The translations under genes and the position numbers were made by a program. A stretch of DNA of 64,000 bases. Origin: Candidatus Uhrbacteria bacterium (GTDB taxonomy: Bacteria; Patescibacteriota; Patescibacteriia; UBA9934). The notes under the pieces are model-generated. The model was given only the letters and a program-made list of their open reading frames with translations. It had not been told where the DNA came from and did not search any database. Below are positions 62,336 through 64,000 of the stretch, piece by piece. Location of the stretch: contig CAWGHH010000001.1 of NCBI GenBank assembly GCA_963822405.1, positions 87,296-151,295 on the forward strand, given 5' to 3'. The first letter of the stretch is position 1; each line of letters opens with the position of its first letter.

Positions 62336-62440
62336 TCCAATCGAGCAACGCGATCGCGCATGAGCTGCGCAGTGATCGGTCCTCATCTGATCACTCAAGG
62401 GAGAGAGTCCTTAAGTGATCGGATAAGGAGAGAGCTCAAC
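62336..62440. repeat. Structured repeat R2 (45-nt prefix containing CGCGATCGCG, then the first stem-loop, then diverged)
   Basis: Prefix identical to 63847-63890. Confidence 0.7.
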
Positions 62441-62543
62441 CGCGCGTGTATGGCGGGAGCTCTCTACTGAGTGCTAAGATTTCTGTTTCTACTTGGAACT
62501 TCACCGCGCGAATCTGAGAGCGCGGATAATGAACAACGAATCG

Positions 62544-63089
62544 CTACTTGCGGTAGCCACCAGCGAACCCGAGGGCCGGGTCGCCGTACAGATCGGTGAG
62601 TCCCTGGCTCGCCGCCCAACCGCCGAGGAATGCCTCGATCGGGGCGCGGCCGGGCGCCGTCCCATCTCCGGCTCCACCAAGAATGATCTTCCGGCGCGGG
62701 TCCTCGGGTGTTTCCGGGATTTCGGCCAGGTAGGCCACGCCAATGCGGTGGGCCGCCTCGGACAGTTCCGGGATGCTGTTACCCGGGACAACGGCGGGTA
62801 CGATGATGCACCGCCCGGCTCCGGTTGGGGTGGTGTGGTATCCGTCCTCACACGTGGCGCACCCGGCCGCCACGTGGTTTAGGCGCGCGCCAGTCCGCAG
62901 GTCGGCGACCTGGATGGGCGCCACCTCTCCATGGATGAATCCATGACTTTCGTCGTGGATTCCCTCCATGAACCAGTCAGGCCGCTCGCCCGACCGGTAA
63001 CCGTCGTTGCCCTCTCGCAGGGTGATCCGCGGAGCCGCCGCGATCGCGCAGACCGCGGTTATTATAAGGTGTTCCGTTTCTTCGGACAT
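62544..63089 (-). CDS. Hypothetical protein
   Basis: Strong RBS GGAGGTAA before the ATG at 63089. Confidence 0.4.
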   Translation of the reverse strand: MSEETEHLIITAVCAIAAAPRITLREGNDGYRSGERPDWFMEGIHDESHGFIHGEVAPIQVADLRTGARLNHVAAGCATCEDGYHTTPTGAGRCIIVPAVVPGNSIPELSEAAHRIGVAYLAEIPETPEDPRRKIILGGAGDGTAPGRAPIEAFLGGWAASQGLTDLYGDPALGFAGGYRK

Positions 63090-63299
63090 TTTACCTCCAA
63101 TGCGCCAAAGACGCGGGTTGTCGAAGCAGTTTCCGCTTCGACATAATCTGTCATTCATGATGAAAGATTGTGTCGAAGGGCGAGGAAGAGAGCGTGCGTT
63201 TGCTCCATCCTCCTCGCCATTACGAATGCAGTGTCAAAGAACAATCCACCATTTCTTTTTATGGAAGAAACGGTGACAAAGAAACCGACGCAGGCTATG

Positions 63300-63838
63300 T
63301 TAACGGAAAAGCTTTTCGAGTTCCTCCGTTTGATAGCGGGTGAGGGGCCCGATGATGGACATGGATACATCCATTCCCTCCACGTCCATTCCCTCGACCA
63401 CGTCCCAGAGAGTGATGAGCCCCCAGCAGACGGCCCCCTGCCCGTAGGTGAAGGGGGTGCCGGGTACGGCGATTTCTTCCATCATTCCTATTTTGCAGAG
63501 TGTGGGGAATACCACCACTCCATACAACGAGCTCAGGGAGAACCAGTCTCCCGTCCATCCTTCCTGGGCCTCGTCCGTGGCAACTAGGAGAGCCTCACGG
63601 CTCCCGTCCGGCCGGGTGTAGACCCAGAGGGCCACCCCCGCTCCGCAACCCCGGGGGCGGGTTTCATCCGTGATCCCGAGGTGGGCCAGATGGCCCGCTT
63701 TCCGGTTTCCGAGTAGTGCAGGATTTCCTCCCGCATTCCCAGGAGTAGGTGTGGAGCCACCTCTCGAATTTTTTCTTCGAGGTCATAGACCCAGAAGAGC
63801 TTCCCATCCAAATTTTTATTCAAGTAGACATGGGCCAT
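63300..63838 (-). pseudogene. Hypothetical protein, apparently frameshifted near 63590-63635
   Basis: The ATG at 63838 with GGAGG lies at the edge of the repeat prefix; two overlapping ORFs. Confidence 0.3.
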
Positions 63839-63846
63839 GGCGGCCT

Positions 63847-64000
63847 CCAATCGAGCAACGCGATCGCGCATGAGCTGCGCAGTGATCGGTCCTCATCTGA
63901 TCACTCCAACGAGAGAGTGTTGAAGTGATCGGATGAAGAGGACGACGGCTGTGCAAGCGCATCGTCCACGAGTCACTTTGCTTTTCAGGCGAAAGAAAGT
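63847..64000. repeat. Structured repeat R3 (prefix plus three stem-loops), running to the window end
   Basis: Matches R2 (prefix) and R1 (stem-loops). Confidence 0.7.

Noticed and set aside
61854-62363. + strand ORF 61854-62363 (169 aa)
   Set aside because: It reads straight through repeat R1 and the R2 prefix and has low-complexity Arg/Ser composition. The - strand gene with an RBS inside the prefix is more plausible.

Overview
This 64-kb window looks like a compact bacterial chromosome segment whose gene content fits a Candidate Phyla Radiation (Patescibacteria-like) genome. I infer that from gene content only, not from any database search. The backbone has moderate G+C and short intergenic spacers closed by hairpin terminators. 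It carries ordinary housekeeping and envelope genes: a TrmB-family regulator (two copies), a VIT1/CCC1 metal transporter, a redoxin, an IscS/NifS cysteine desulfurase, a ferredoxin with an FAD-dependent reductase, a PGI/PMI isomerase, tandem hemerythrins, GalU, a GlmU-N-like nucleotidyltransferase, a Wzx flippase, an O-antigen-ligase-like protein, a SpoIID/LytB protein, a CapA metallophosphatase, RuvB, RlmH, two NUDIX hydrolases and an EndoQ-like PHP nuclease. RNA genes are tRNA-Ser(CGA), tRNA-Leu(TAA), tRNA-Gly(GCC), tRNA-Leu(TAG) and an unlinked 23S-5S rRNA pair with no 16S upstream.

The most notable observations are:
- A tandem array of seven paralogous small secreted membrane proteins (21.9-25.2 kb) with the conserved C-terminal core of T4SS-pilin-like (TrbC/VirB2-type) proteins. 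It follows an orphan solute-binding lipoprotein and precedes a G+C-rich 4-kb island of secreted and giant membrane proteins.
- Two families of short hairpin-forming repeats. One is GGGGTCGACCCATGCGTCGACCC (7 copies between 37.4 and 47.0 kb). The other is a G/C-rich PP..GG-encoding set. Both occur between genes and, kept in frame, inside protein-coding genes, much like Rickettsia RPEs.
- An accessory block between 5S rRNA and the glmU-like gene (52-57.5 kb). It holds a toxin-antitoxin pair, a PDZ+HExxH protein, two pairs of paralogous unknown genes, and a repeated terminator/promoter module carrying T7/T5/G11/G8 homopolymers.
- A G+C-rich terminal region (61.9-64.0 kb) with a ~150-nt structured repeat present three times.
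- About ten apparent +/-1 frameshifts in well-conserved genes (PGI/PMI, Wzx, WaaL-like, RuvB twice, a YdeN-like hydrolase and others). These are most simply indel-type sequence errors, but could be real pseudogenisation. All coordinate and homopolymer-length statements should be read with this in mind.

No CRISPR array and no integrase or transposase were recognised.
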